Position numbers and translations under genes: made by a program. Of a stretch of DNA of 64,000 bases, positions 1-13,784 are shown piece by piece. Under the pieces are notes generated by a model, which saw only the letters and a list, made by a program, of their open reading frames with translations, was not told the DNA's origin and did no database searches. Source of the DNA: the human T2T-CHM13v2.0 reference genome, Homo sapiens. The stretch lies in NCBI RefSeq assembly GCF_009914755.1, contig NC_060935.1; one strand, 5' to 3'. The number at the start of each line of letters is the position of its first letter. Position 1 is the stretch's first letter.

Positions 1-2994
1 AAACCATTAATGCTTGGTTTCCCTTCTCTAATGGCACTTAACAGATCTGATATGGTGATAAGTATTTTTCAACTATGTTATAACAATCACTACATACATG
101 CATTTATTGCAAATATACTATATTCTTCTTAAACACAAGAATTGTTTTTTACTCATCTCTGTGTCTCACATACCTAAATGAGTACCTAGCGCAAAGTTAG
201 CATTACTTTAATAAAAATTTGCTGAGTTATTTTGAATGGAATAATCTATCATTATTACCTTCCTTAAGGCAACAAAGGCAAAATTAAGCACAGAGTAGTT
301 AATGAAAATTATCTGTTGCATTGAGTATATTTAAAAATCCTGAGCTTTATATTTTTTTCCTCTCAGACTTTGAGTCAACTTTGGTTCTCTTTTAATTTCT
401 CATAGCCACATAAAACAAGTCCAAAAAAATTGTTTATTTTGAAGTTCTACCACTGGTCAATAAAAGTCAATGTAAGAAATATTAAAGTGGGTGGAAAGCT
501 TCATGTGCTATTGATTGTTGCGCAGTTGGATAAACACCGTGATACAGAATGTTTAATGACATAGCAAAAAGATATATAATGGAGCAGAATATCCAGCTAG
601 ATTCTGTTTTGAAGTTATGATTATCTGATACCTTCATGACCCTTAAGTCCAGTGTTAACGATACATTTTTATATAGGGTTAAAACCATTTTTTCAAACAA
701 TATTGGGAAGTTGGACTCCACATCCTTAAGCACATGATCCTTCTACATCAAATGATTCTCCTTTTACCCTACCCCAGACTCTCAGGTAGGTAGAGATTAT
801 TGATCTCTTTGGTATGTTTTGTGGAAGCCAAGCCCCAAGACAGACAAGCAGCTCTCAAACCACAGCAGCAACATAATCAGGATCCTTCCTTATGATTAGA
901 TCAAAAGACAAGTACCTACAATATTAACCCTGAAAATAGTTAGTCATTTAAAATAATATAAAATACCAAATTTCATATGCAAAATTATCAAACAGCTATA
1001 AGATATGAGGCATTGTGGTAAAAATTGCATAGCAGACACCATGTCTTAATAATATTGCCCCTAATTATTTGCCTTAGACCTGTTGAGGCACCTCCTAACA
1101 CTCTGCCAACACCTGCCCTACCATGTGCCTTGCAGTTTTGTATTTCATTTTTACTTCTCAATTTTTCTTATCCCTATGTTACTACTTTTACTGTACTTTC
1201 TTCTTATCCATACTTACCATTTATATATTCACTTACAATTATCCTCTCTGATGATGATCCCTTTTTATCATATCTTAAGGAAAAGTCTGTATTTATTTAG
1301 GCCCCAAAGCTACCCTCATAACTGGAATGTTATCTTGTATGGTCTTGAAAGCAATTCTGTGGATATGGCAGATCCATTGTGCTTCTTCTTCTTCATATTT
1401 GGAAATAGAAGCTCAAAATTAAGTAATTTAGCTAATGTTAAAAATATTTTAATAACACAGGATAAGGAATCAGATCTTTCCATTTTCAGCCATACTTATG
1501 ATTGATTTCTGAGTCTCCAGAATCTTGCTTAATGTTTGGCATATGAATGTACAGTAAAGTATATGTTTTGTTAATAATATATAAAAAACAAGTAAAAATG
1601 GAATAAACCTCAGAACTTTTGCTCAGCTGTTTATCCATGTTTTATTTCTCTTTTATTTTGTAAATGTCACTGTTCAACATAAAATGTAACTTACTATTCT
1701 TTGTGTCAAGGAAAATATAGCAAAGTGGTTTAGATCAGTTGTCTTCAAAGTGAGGTGCTTGCTTACCAGGAGATCTTTAAGACATACTATTATAGTGCAG
1801 GACAAATATATTAGAAGTTTAGACATACTTTTAAAAAATGTTTTATTATATTTTTGGTTTATTGTTTTTTAAAAATATCTTAAATTTTTATTTTTATTTC
1901 AATAGCTTTAGGGGTAAAAGTGGTTTTTAACCATAATTTTTATCAGTAAAATAACATAAATTGTTTAAAAAGTCAAATGACACCAAAAGAGCTTTAATGA
2001 AAATGTCAAGAATCCTCACCTCCTCTCCATGATCTTGTTCTGCTGGATCCAAAGCAAACATTCTTGATTCTTCTAGGTGTTTATCTTGGCATTCAACTCC
2101 AGATTGCGATTTGTACTTGCTTTATAACTCATCCTTGCAATTTTATACTTTGCAATTTAAATTTTACTTAAAATGGTGGTATGGTAAGGCAAATGTATCT
2201 CATTTATAAATATACTCATATTGAAGGCCCCTACAACAAAATCCACTTTGACAGGAGTTTCAGAATTAAAAACAAAAAATCAAGTCCTACTGTGATCTAG
2301 ATTAGTAACATGAGCGTCTTCTAATCACAGCTATTAGCCAGATGTTTATCCAAGTTCCTTCCAGGAGCAGGAAGAATGTTTACTTTTTTGAAATGAGCTA
2401 CATGTAATAACCTCATTTCTTGACAAGGATACCCTACAGGATCTTAGAAGACTGAGTAAGTCTCTTGGTGCTTAGAGTCTTTCACAACTTATTTGGTGAA
2501 CATCTTTAATAGGACAGAAACAACATAAACGTAAAGTCGACACGAGAGTTTTAAATCAAATGTCTAGCAAATATACTTGTCTCTAAGCCAAATGAGCATT
2601 GATACTAATTCTCATCCAAAGGCTTTCTTTTTTCCTTAATCTACTCTTCATAAACTCTAGGCAGTGTGAGTTAGTGTTATGAATGAGACTTGCAGAAACC
2701 ATGAAGCCACAGGGGAGAAGGCAATTATTAATAGCGTAAATGCTTATAAATTTATTTCTTTTACATGGAATGCCTGCAGGCTTGTTTCTTTCTCCAGCCT
2801 GTTGAACTAGAATCAATTTATCATGTAAGGTTTCTAGTATACAATTTTATTTTGAAATGTTTTCACCAAAGAGAATGTCTTCTTTTCTAAAGGCATTTTA
2901 TCTCTCTCTTATCTAATTGTTAAAGAATACTAATGTTCAATAATATCGTGTTTCCAAAAATCCGGTGATAGTTGTTCTTACAAAAATTCACTTT

Positions 2995-4405
2995 TAAAAA
3001 TGTTAATCTTAAATTTATTTATAGATCCAAAGCAATCCTAATCAAAATAGCAGCAGATTATTTTGTGGATATTAATAAGGTGCTTTGAAGTTTATATGGA
3101 AAGTAAAGAACCCAGAAAAGTCAACTCAGTATATAAAGATGCCAAATAAACATAATGAATAATGTTTAACATTGTATGTTATCTTAGTCATTTGGGGCTT
3201 CTACAATATAATATCATAGACTAATTGGGTTAAATAACAAGCACTTAAAGTTCAAGATCAAGGTGGTCACAGATACAGTGCATGGTGAGGGCATTTTTAT
3301 TCTTTTGCAGATGAAGGTGTTCTCATTGTATCCTTACATATTTGAGAAAAATCATTATTCTTATATCTCCTCTTATAATAACTCTAATTCTATTCATTAA
3401 AACTCCACCTTCATGATCTAATTACCTCTCCAAAGCCTTACGTTCTGATACTATCTTATTGGGGGTTAAGATTTCAACATATAAACCTTGAGGGGAACAC
3501 AAACATTCAGTCCATAACTTAGATAATTAGGGAATTTCAAATTAAAACAATAATAAGATACCACTACACATCTATTAGAATGGCTAAAACCCCAGATACC
3601 AACAACAAATGCTGAAAAGGATGTGGAGCAACAGGAATTCCCATTCATTGCTGATCCAAATGCAAAATGAGACATATGAGACAGCCTTTTGGGAGACAGT
3701 TTGACAGTTTCTTACAAAATTAAACATACTCTTACCATATGACCCAGCAATTGCATTCTTCAGTTTTTACTCTAATAAGTTGAAAACAGGTCCACACAAA
3801 AAGATGTCCACAGATGTTTATTGCAGCTTTATTTATAATTGCTAAAACTTAGAAGTAACCAAGATGTCTTTCAGTAGGTAAATGAGTAAGTAATCTGTGG
3901 TACATCCAAACAATTGTATTATTTGGTTGAGTAGAAATGAGCTATCAAGCCAAGAAATGACATGGAGGAAACTTAAATTCATATCACTAAAGGAAAAATC
4001 CACCTGAAAAGGCTACATGTCATGCCAACTATATGACATTCTGCAAGAGGGAAATCTATAGAGACAATTAAAAGATCAGTAGTTACCATGGGTTAGGGAG
4101 GAGACAGTATTTTTAGGGAAGTGAAACATAATATTACAATGATGGATACATGCCATTATACATTTGTCCAAACCCATATTTTGTACAACATCAAGACTGA
4201 GAGCTAATATAATCTATGGGTATTGGTTGATAATGTTTTGTCAATATAGTTTCATTGATTTTAACAAACACACACTGTCGTGCAGGGCAGTGGGGAAGGC
4301 TGTACCTGTTTCAGAAGGGGAGACACAGAAGGAACTCTGCCTTCTGCTCAGTTATACTATGAATCTAAAAGTGCTCTCAAAAATAGTTTATCAATTAGAA
4401 AAACC
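2995..4405 (+). mobile_element. L1MC-type LINE-1 fragment (ORF2 remnant + 3' UTR), split by an MLT1A LTR
   Basis: L1 motifs 'gatatccactacacatctattagaatggctaaaa'-like, 'atgtggagcaacaggaa', 'gacccagcaattgca', and an L1MC1-like 3' end 'gaatctaaaagtgctctcaaaaatag'. Confidence 0.85.
3180..3519 (-). mobile_element. MLT1A-type MaLR solo LTR nested in L1MC
   Basis: 'tcttagtcatttggggct...aagttcaagatcaagg...gggggttaagatttcaacatat...acacaaacattcagtccataac' follows the reverse complement of the MLT1A/A0 consensus. Confidence 0.85.
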
Positions 4406-5404
4406 TAAACTACAACAAACCCAATTATTTTGAAATAGTTTGGGTAGGGAAGTAAAATATGGTGAAGGGATATTGTTCAGAGTCAAAAATGGGCATCATG
4501 CGTGGCCTCCGCCAGTAACGTTCTCTGATAAAGAATTAAAGAGACAGCTTCTCTTATATTTCTTTCTTTATCCATGTTATACATCAAAATTTGACCCCAT
4601 GTTTGAGGATAATTATAAAGGTCAAGGTAAATGCTATGTGTAATAAGAATTATCCATGGGGAAGATAATGGCTTTTAGTAAACAAAGTGCAGAAACATTT
4701 TGAAACAATTGGCCCCATGGATGCCTCTCAGTAGAAGCTGGATTTTGCACAGGTATCTAACATTATTTCCATTAGGTCAGTTAATGAACGTCTCAGTTAT
4801 TGCAGTTTTCACAGACACAAAATGATGATATGTGGCTAGATGATATTAAGGTACCTTCTAGCTCTATGATCGATCTTGTGACTTTCCAGAGCTTCAGCGC
4901 TTCATTAAAGTCAACTATTTTGTTTTTGTTAAAATTCAGGAATGTAGCCAGAGTAACCTTTTGTCTCACATAGAAGAGTCACCGGCCTCTTCTAGTGTTT
5001 TGCCCATCATCTGGTCTTAAATACAGCATCACTGTCAAGGTGTGGGATCAGCATGTGGCAATAAAACTTTTGACAGAGTGGAAACCTTAGATGTCTAGCA
5101 GAAGCCTTGGGCAAATAACCTGAAATTTGTCCACTAGCTGCTTAAAAATATTTATTATAACCCAAAAGTTTGTAACTGTAAACCAAGAGTAAAACATTCA
5201 CCAAGAAAATAAAACAGATTTTATTTTGTTTTTCTTTCACAGATGTAATTTGTTCTTTATATATTTATCAAAAGTGATGCTCCCTGAGAGTGAATGGAGC
5301 AGAATACTGAAAGAAAAGAAATGGATTTTCTATTGCCACCTCTGACTGACTCCCAAACCTATTTACTGCCTTTGGGTATCACGTTTGTCACATGCTCATA
5401 CATT

Positions 5405-5900
5405 CCAGAGAAATCTTATTAGGGTCTCCCATAGAGCAGATAGAAATATGAATCATGACACACAGACACAGTGGGGAGCCTGCTGGGTATTGGGGTGTGG
5501 GGAGGAAGACCATTAGGAAAAAATAGCTAATGCATGCTGGGCTTAATACTTAGGTGATGAGTTGATAGGTGCAGTAAACCACCATAACACACATTTACCT
5601 ATTAACAAAACTGCGCATCCTACACATGTACCCTGAAAAAAAATAAAAATTTTAAAAATATATATGAATCAGATGTAGTTTATTCCTCCAAGAGCTACAG
5701 TAGCTTGAAGATGATGAACAGACAAGAGCACATGATGAAAGGTGTAGTGTGTGCATTTACAAGGCAGGTAAGAAGTGTTAGGGCAGAGAGGTGGAGCATC
5801 CAGTTCTCTCTGAGTGACTAAGTCTAGATTCAAAGAGGAGTGGATATTGACACTGGGCTCTAAAGAATGAAAACAAGTTGCCTAGTCAGAAAAGTAAGTG
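5405..5900 (-). mobile_element. L2 fragment, interrupted by an L1 3' end
   Basis: degenerate antisense L2 3' sequence ('...atgaatca|gatgtagtttattcctccaagagctacagtag...') continues across the L1 insert. Confidence 0.5.
5456..5661 (+). mobile_element. 5'-truncated old L1PA 3' end with TSD
   Basis: 'aaaatagctaatgcatgctgggcttaatacttaggtgatgagttgataggtgcag...acacatgtaccctg' plus A-tail; TSD atatgaatca at 5446-5455 and 5662-5671. Confidence 0.9.
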
Positions 5901-5929
5901 GGTTTCTAGATGACATGAGGGAATTGGGA

Positions 5930-6132
5930 CATTAGAACACCTGCTATGTGCCAGGTACTTCTCACAAATTATTTCTAACTTTATTAAGATTATGATTACT
6001 ATTTCCATTTTATTCACCAAAGTTCTGAGTTTCAGCCAAAGTCATTCAGCAAAGTTAGCTGAGATTATATTTGAACCAAGGTACATCTGACTGGCTCTAA
6101 GCCTACATATTTTAAAACACCACACTGCCTCT
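5930..6132 (-). mobile_element. MIR SINE
   Basis: 'ctatgtgccaggtact...ccaaagtcattcagc...atttgaaccaagg...tctgact...cacactgcct'. Confidence 0.75.
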
Positions 6133-6619
6133 GTCTGTAAAAGTGTCACGTTTCCTTCCTGCTGAAGACTCTAACCTTATACTTTTCCAATATGCAAAAA
6201 TATCACAAATGTGACAATGGACAGGCATGGATCACTCCAGATTATTCTTGAATGGAATGATTTTTATATCTCACAACCCTTGGTTTATGCTGCCTCTGTG
6301 GGATTTAAAGCACCATACTGGGAGCCTGGAGGTTTAGGCCATTGATGGCATCTTAAATGTAATAGGTTATGTGAGGAGCCTGTTCACTGAACGTTTTTAT
6401 GGTTATATGTGTATGTATTATGTATCTAGTTAATTTAGTATGCATCTAGGATTCAGTGGGAGGAGCATTAAAACTGTTCTATCTTCCATGAACTTATCAA
6501 TAAAACTGAGCCATTTTATGTTACTCAGGTAGCTAATGAATAAATGTTTGAGATGTATATGACTAGCTTCAGCTCCTGTCCACTCAAGCTAATCGCTTCC
6601 TATTTGGGCAGTAATTATA

Positions 6620-6835
6620 GTATTTTGCAAACAGTGTGCCTTCTGGATTTAGAAATACCTGGGTTTTAATCCCAGTTCTGTCATTTACACAATGTGTTAT
6701 CTAAAACAACTAAATCAGCCTCCAAAAGCCTGATCTGTAAGTTGGGAACAATAATTATTTCATTGGGCTTTAGTGAGAATTAAGTGAAAACATATCTAAA
6801 GTGTACGGCACATATTAGGGCTTAAAATTTGAATT
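6620..6835 (+). mobile_element. MIR SINE
   Basis: 'cctgggttttaatcccagttctgtcattta...atctgtaagttggga...gtgagaattaagtga'. Confidence 0.75.
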
Positions 6836-7114
6836 TGCTTCACTGCTAAAAAGCTACTACTGCCTATTATTATTATGTGAATATCTAAAATTAATTAAAA
6901 TCTGGTCACTTTATGTTAACAAAAGTCCAATTATTAACTAAATATTTACTAAATGGTCACTGCTGTGTTAAAATTCAAATCATTATGTCATAAAAGTAGC
7001 ATTTTCACTCACTCAAAGGAACTTGAAGTCTACAGAAATAAAGATCCTCATGTTAAACACCATACAAAACAATTAAATAACAAGGGGGAAAATAAAAGCT
7101 CACAATGCTCTCTT

Positions 7115-7240
7115 GAATATGATCTAATTTCATGCGGGTTGAGATGTCTACCTCTTTTGTTCATTGATGTCTTCCAAGAACAAGGAATAATATCTAGCAC
7201 ATGATAGGTATTCAGGAAGTGTGTGTGAATAAATAAATTA
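7115..7240 (+). mobile_element. L2 3' end
   Basis: 'tttgttcattgatgtc...tctagcacatgataggtattcaggaagtgtgtgtgaataaataaat'. Confidence 0.7.
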
Positions 7241-7619
7241 ATCAAGTGTCATGCACCTGCTGGATTGCAGGGTAAACTATAATGAGTCAGACAAAAAAAT
7301 AAAAAGGAGCCCTAAGGATAACCCTTCTGAAAAAGCTTCATGGAGAGGGAGGAGTTGAACTGGGAAGGAATTAACAGGGAAAGAGAGAAAAGAAGGCATT
7401 CCAGGCCAAGCCCAGGCAACTCTAGGCTTGCTTTCTCAAATTGTCTCAGGAGTATTTTATGTAACAAAAGGGGTTCACATCCATATTTTTTAAGTTAAAT
7501 GCAAGAGGAAAAAGAATGATTAAAAGGAAGGAGTAAAGTATATTATAAGAGTTAATGATAAGTATTTCCTTTTCTGACTCGTTTATTCCGATGATAGCAA
7601 GGTACTGTGAAGCCACTGG

Positions 7620-7850
7620 AATTTGGTAAAATGCCTATTGGACTTGGAATCAGTTACAGTCAAAATGTCAACCCTTAGTATCTGTGTGATCTTGGGCAAG
7701 TTTACTTTCTATGAATCACTTTTAGCTTCATCTGGAAAATGGGTCATTTCACATATTTTTAAAAATCTTTTAGGAAAATTGAATTAAAAAGTGCTTGCTA
7801 AGTGCCTAGAAAAGAACATGGTTCATAGTGCACAATCAATATATGATCGC
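7620..7850 (+). mobile_element. MIR SINE
   Basis: MIR core 'ctgtgtgatcttgggcaagttt...catctggaaaatggg'. Confidence 0.75.
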
Positions 7851-8304
7851 TTTGTTTCTCCTTACAGAGACATTCTAATGATTTAATGAGATATCCTCTT
7901 CATACAACTTTTTCAGCATACTGGAAGCAGTCCATAACACCACAAATACATTTACTATTAACTTGATACTATTTGAAGTCACAATAAAACTTTTTAAAAC
8001 ACTTAGGAATAATATACTCTAAATCATGTTTTATTTACTTTTAAAACTCGAAAATCCTTTTATTCTTACAGTAATGTGTTCACTCGATATTTTAAGCATC
8101 TACAATGAGCTAAATAATTTCTATGATGCCCAGACTAGGATATAAAGATGAAGTAGTTAACAATATAATTCAGGAATGAAGCCCCAAATAAGCAACTATT
8201 AGCTACAATATAATGTTACCTGCTCTTATGTTTTCATTTATATGGAAATAAGAATAGAGAGTAACTCGGGAATTCATAGGGTTTTAACATTGAAGCTAAG
8301 TCAT

Positions 8305-9273
8305 GAAGACTGGTTTCATGGGTGAGAGACCTCTGCAGTCACACAGCATGCTGCATTCAGAAGGACCCCATGCTTGCTTTAATGTTCTGTTGGCAGCATC
8401 TCAAAATTCTTAACAATTTTATCTTTTAACTTGTGTTTTGTAAGTGAAATCTGATGGGACAATGAAGAATGCATATGACTAAAGTGTGTTCATAGAGCAT
8501 TGGCCCCATGAACACAGAATTCAATGGACCCACACTTTGTGGGAGTTCAACAACAATCAAAAGGAGTAAAAGTTAAACATATTCCATCAAAGGGGGCTCT
8601 GAAGCCCCCAGAGGCCACAATTTACTAGGAACCAGAACTTGCTTCAAACTTAAGGCAATGGCAGGATTCAACCAAGGATCCATATCAAACACTTTCTTCA
8701 TCATATTACTTATTTATATCAGAAAATTATTAATGCTGAAAATAAAAGTAAGGTAAAAAAGGAAAAGATAGAGCAACTGATAGTTTATTTTCCTTTTTGC
8801 CTGTCTTTCTTGACTTATCAGTAAGCTGAAGTTAGAGAGTGTTGGTAGAATACGTGCCTATGAAGAAATGAAATAAAAACATATGAGCAGTTTTCTGCTG
8901 TAGTATTTTCACTGTTCTTTCAAGAGAGAAATGTATGAGCTACCAAATACAAATTGTGTCATTTCAATGGTTAAGAATTAGATGTTTTTAAATCTGGTAT
9001 TTTAAAACCAGCTTATTTGGTTTTTAAAATGGTATTGAATAATATAGGTGAGCGTTAAAATTTATGCTAATAATTTAAAATTTTTTATTACTTAGAAAAA
9101 CATTAAGTGGCAAATTAAACAAAGACATATCAAGGCAAGAGAGAGACTATAGAAGACAGCAAAAAACTTTATATTTTAATGCCTTATATCTACACTTTTT
9201 TCCCATAATCTTTGAATAAAAGGCCTCACATTTTTATCTTTCATTGAGCTCATAATTTATGTAAACAACCCTG
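8305..9273 (+). mobile_element. MER45B/C-like hAT-Tip100 DNA transposon fossil
   Basis: 5' end 'ctggtttcatggg...cctctgcagtcacacag...agaaggaccccatgcttgctttaatg' and 3' end 'tttgaataaaaggcctcacattttt...aatttatgtaaacaaccctg' match the MER45 termini; about 970 bp long. Confidence 0.75.
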
Positions 9274-9315
9274 ATAAGGGAATATATTGACTACAATGTT
9301 CATAGTATAAGATTA

Positions 9316-9741
9316 TGCATTAGTCTGTTCTTGCATTGCTATAAAGAAACACCTGAGACGGGGTAATTTATAAAGAAAAGAGATTTAATTGACTCATGGT
9401 TCCACAGCCTGTACAGAGTGTATGATGCTGGCGTCTGCTCGACTTCTGGGGAGGCCTCAGGAAACTTACAATCACGGCAGAAGGCAAAGGGGGAGCCAGC
9501 ACGTCACATGGCCAGAGCAGGGGCAAGAAAGAGGGAGGGGGTGGTGCTACACACTTTTAAACCACCAGATTGCGCTAGAACGCACTCACTATTGCGAGGA
9601 AAATACCAAGAGGATGGCACTAAACCATTTGTGATAAACCGTCCCTATGATCCTATCGCCTCCCACCAGGCCCCACTTCCAACATTGGGGATTGCAATTC
9701 AGCATGAGATTTAGATGGGGACACAGGTCCAAACCATGTCA
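9316..9741 (-). mobile_element. MSTA MaLR solo LTR
   Basis: 426 bp, tg...ca ends, 'cattagtctgttcttgcattgctataaagaaacacctgagac', 'ggggaggcctcaggaaacttacaatca'; 5-bp TSD gatta/ggtta. Confidence 0.9.
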
Positions 9742-9761
9742 GGTTATAAAGAGAAGTGGGG

Positions 9762-10065
9762 GGCCAGGCATGGTGGCTCTCGCCTGTAATCTTAGCACTT
9801 GAGGTCAAGAGTTTGAGTCAGCCTGGCCAGCATGGTGAAACTCCGTCTCCACTATAAATACAGACATTAGCTGGACGTGGTGGTGAGTGCCTATAATTCC
9901 AGCTACTGAGGAGGCTGAGGTAGGAGAATTCTTTGAACCCATGAGGCAGAGGTTGCGGCGAGCCGTGGGCCAATCCACTCCAGCCTGGGCGACAGGGTGA
10001 GACTCTGTCTCACAAAAAAACAAAAAACAAAAATAAAAAACACAACAACAAAAAGAGAGAGAGAG
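9762..10065 (+). mobile_element. AluS with a left-arm internal deletion
   Basis: Alu dimer with A-rich tail; TSD agagaagtggg at 9750-9760 and 10066-10076. Confidence 0.93.
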
Positions 10066-11034
10066 AGAGAAGTGGGACATGGCATATTTAAAAGGCATGC
10101 TTTCAGGAAGAAGCCAACTGGGTGAACAAGGGATGGCTGAAATTAGCCTAAAATTTACCTCACAGACACCATTTTTGCTAGAATTTTTCAGCTAAGAATT
10201 ACACTTCAATGTCAGATGTCAGCAAAAACGTATGATTCTCTACCTCAGAAAGATCTCTCAAGACTATGTTGTTGCTTTTGGGGGAAAGGACAAAGAATGT
10301 GGCCATATCATGGAATTCCCTATGCCATCTCTGTGGTATAAATGTTAAAAAAAAAAAAAAAAAAAAAAGAATTTCCTGGCTCACAGGCTGATTCATGAAG
10401 ATTGAGAAAGTGAGGAAGTGCATGACAAAAGAGAGAAGTGAGAAATGAGGGGCACAAGGACAGTGTGACTGCATGTATTGTCGCTATGCTTCTAACTCCT
10501 TTTCCTGAATCGAACTAGCGAAGCTGAATGTCTCTAGCAGAGAAGTTGTCTTTAGTTATCTACACAATGGTGCATACTGAAACGGACAATCCTGTGTTTA
10601 GAAATTAGTCAACAGCCATGCAAATTAATGATTATTTACCCTGGAGGAGTATGAATCAAATCATTTTTAATTAAATAAAACTAACGATGGCAAGGCAAAA
10701 AATCATTATTATTTTATGATAAATTATGCTGGGGTGTAATATATTGAGACTTTATCAATTTAGAAGTGCCATTGTTTTCAGATCCTTCTAAGAAAAGGTA
10801 ATCTATTTGGTAAAAATGTTGATGATTAAATTAAAAATATCCTTTGAGTTTAGCAGAAGACTTTCACCCAGCTGTGTGGTGGCAAGGAATTTGTAAAGTA
10901 TTTTTTTATACAATGGATCTCACCATAGCACCCTTTCATAGATGTTAATACTTTACACTAATATATTTTTAGTGATTGATTGGGTAATTTTGCTTGAAAA
11001 ATGTACCTAATGGAAAAAAGCCTAGTAATTTTTC

Positions 11035-11240
11035 AGAAATTAGATGCTAAACACTGTAGTAGGTTGTCAAACATATATTATCTTATTTAGTGCTCATAAA
11101 AACAAATTAAATTTGAAGGCACTACTATTATATTCATTTATGGAAGAGAGAATGAAGGTAAGAAAGATTGCTCAAACTGGTCTTTTGTATGGCAGAGAGG
11201 ATTTAGCAGTACATTGTCAACTCCCCCACTGGAGTCCCTG
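11035..11240 (-). mobile_element. MIR SINE (degenerate)
   Basis: 'acatatattatcttatttagtgctcataaaaac...tattatattcatttatggaagagagaatgaagg...ggcagagaggattta'. Confidence 0.6.
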
Positions 11241-11899
11241 GCTTCCTGATCTGCTCACAGTTATTATAATTTCCATTTCAGTTTGAAATACCTGTGAATA
11301 TATTGTTTATTAGTATGAATACTGCTTATTGGGTATGATAATTATAAAGTATAGGCTCATTTCAGAATTATTTCATAGTTCACTTCCATGAATAACCAAG
11401 ATTTTGAAATAATAAAAAAAAAAAAAAACCACTAACAACTAAAGCACATGTTGATGGGAGGATAGGGAGGGTTATGAGAGAGTTCCAGAAAAGAAATTCA
11501 CCTAAAGTAAAAAATTTACTACAACAGCAGCAAAATATTTTAAGAGAGGGAGCCCTGAGGTCAAGGGCTATTGGAAATCCCTGCAAAAATTAGACAATGT
11601 AAGACAGTCCCCATTCCAGGTGAGAAGTTGCAGTTTACTAGTTATCAGCTCAAGTGTCTGAGATGCTCCCTGATATCAGGTCTTCCACAAACAGAAGAGC
11701 CTTGCTCATGGTGGACCACTGTGAAAATTGGAGAAGAGAGGACCCAGTGTATCCAACTCATGTGCTCAAGCCATGTGGACTTGCCACAGCATCACCTTGG
11801 GAATACTTGCAATTTAGGAATCAAAAGAAACAATCTTAACCTCTTTTCTTATCTTTTAATTTTATTGTAGATTTTTTTTTTTGTAAAAGGGAGTTTTTT

Positions 11900-12480
11900 A
11901 AAATATATTTAAGCCATGTTTCTAAGCTTCTGGACTTTGTTTCCTGTTTTAAAAAATTATTTTGCCCCTTTAAAAACTATCAAAAATGTAAATTACTCTT
12001 GTTTTTGTCTAGTAGTTTTTGGCCTCTTGTTTTGCCAGTATTTTTTCATCTGGAGTCTATTTTTATCTTTGAACAAAAATAGAGATTCAGTATTATTTTT
12101 CCTCTGAAATGGCTAATTGTCACGAAATGATTTATTGAATAATCTGTCTTTTCCCCATAGAGGTTAAGTGCCAGTTTTATCATATGCTCAATCTCTATAT
12201 GATTCTATTTCTGTATTATCTATTCTGTTTCATTGGGTATTAACCTATTACTGGTTGATAGCCTGCTGCTTTTATTATTGTAGCTTTATTATTTATTTAA
12301 ATATCTGGGAGAGCTAGTCTCTTATATTTAGCCAAAAATATTCTGAAAAAGAAGACTTTTTACAAGATTGTGTTTTGCATTTGAACTCCACAACGACTTT
12401 CTCTGATTCTTAAAAATCCTGACATATTTTATTAAATGGTGCTGTCCATTATATTAAAGCTTAAGAACCTGTTCAGCTTG
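11900..12480 (-). mobile_element. old L1 (L1ME/L1MC-like) ORF2 fragment
   Basis: 'tttattgaataatctgtcttttccccat', 'tctattctgtttcattgg', 'ttattgtagcttta...atctgg'. Confidence 0.65.
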
Positions 12481-12910
12481 TTTCTGTTTATTTGTATCCT
12501 TCCTGTGGATAAATCATATCATATCTTTGTTATAAAGTTGTATTATGCTCTTTTAAAATATACATTAACCTCCCCCATTCTCAGTGTAATAAACACCATT
12601 TATTTTACTTAGTATTAAATATATGTGGCTGGCTGAGGAGATCAGTTATCTATCTTTCCCATTCCTGGGCAGTAAATAAGGAAGAAAAATGGGTTTTTGT
12701 TTGATACGTAGCAAGTTATTGGTTTGTAACATGCGAATGACGGCTGGTATAAAGATAAGCTTTTAAGTAAATGCATGTGTAACATATATGCATGTTTAAG
12801 GGGATTTGAAATCTATGGTAGCCACTCAAAGAGTCTGAGCCCATCTACCCTCGATACTTGGCTTAGTCAGGAGTAAAGAAATCATTGTGATTTTGACTTT
12901 ATCAAGACTC

Positions 12911-13100
12911 AAAATTTAGCCTGGCATGATGGCACACAACCATAATACTAGGACTTGGGAGGTTGAGGTGGGAGGATCGCTTGAGCCCAGGAATTCAAGG
13001 TCACAGTGAGCTATGATCACACCACTGCCCTCCAGCCTGGACAAGAGAGTAAGAACCCATCTCTTAAGAAAAATAATATACTAACGAAATAAAAATGTAT
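12911..13100 (+). mobile_element. FRAM / AluJ right monomer
   Basis: 'gaggtgggaggatcgcttgagcccaggaattcaagg...cagtgagctatgatcacaccactgccctccagcctgg'; probable TSD aagactca (12903-12910 and 13101-13108). Confidence 0.85.
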
Positions 13101-13207
13101 AAGACTCATAAAACCTAGGGGTAATATAAGAGTGAAAAATTAAAAATGAGTAACTCAGAGAGATTATTGTGCCTAAGTACTTGTACTGAAAAAGAGATAA
13201 CGTACTA

Positions 13208-13253
13208 TTTAAATATATGTATATATATATATACATATACATACATACACACA
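13208..13253. repeat. (TA)n/(CATA)n microsatellite
   Basis: seen directly in the sequence. Confidence 0.85.
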
Positions 13254-13329
13254 TTACTATATTACAAATGTAACAATATTTTTTGTCATGTAAAACAATG
13301 CTGTGGACTCCATTTGGGGCACCTGTTCA

Positions 13330-13770
13330 GGTTACAACCTTTCCTCTTTTAATTCTCACCATACCCACAGGGAAAATGCAGTTGATAGAACCGTGGTGGA
13401 AATCTGACCTAAACTGGGCCAGTAAGAATACCTTCCTAGGACTTCTAAACTTAAGAGTAGAAAGAAAGAAATTTTCTCTGAGTTATTTTATACGTAAAAC
13501 ATGAGCTCATAAGCTCAGGAGCCTCTTTCTACCTGCCACATGAAACACAGAAACAGGTCATGATGGTAGTCTCATAAAGATAAATTGAGTGGAACAGAAG
13601 GAGCCAGGAAGCAATGAGGAGAATCCAGGTGGCTTCATAAGTCTCTGAAGTGTAGCTGCCTGATCTTGAGCTCTATGAGACATATCTGAGTTTTTTTTCA
13701 CTAAGCCCTTCTCTCTCCTTTTATTTGGCTTAAATTAGCTATGATTTGGGATTCAGAGAGTCTTTGAGAC
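13330..13770 (+). mobile_element. old MLT1J/K-like MaLR LTR
   Basis: 'tgacctaaactgggccagtaagaataccttcctagga' and 3' end 'ttttatttggcttaaattagctatgatttggg...agagtctttgagaca'. Confidence 0.5.
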
Positions 13771-13784
13771 ACCTAGGAAGTAGT

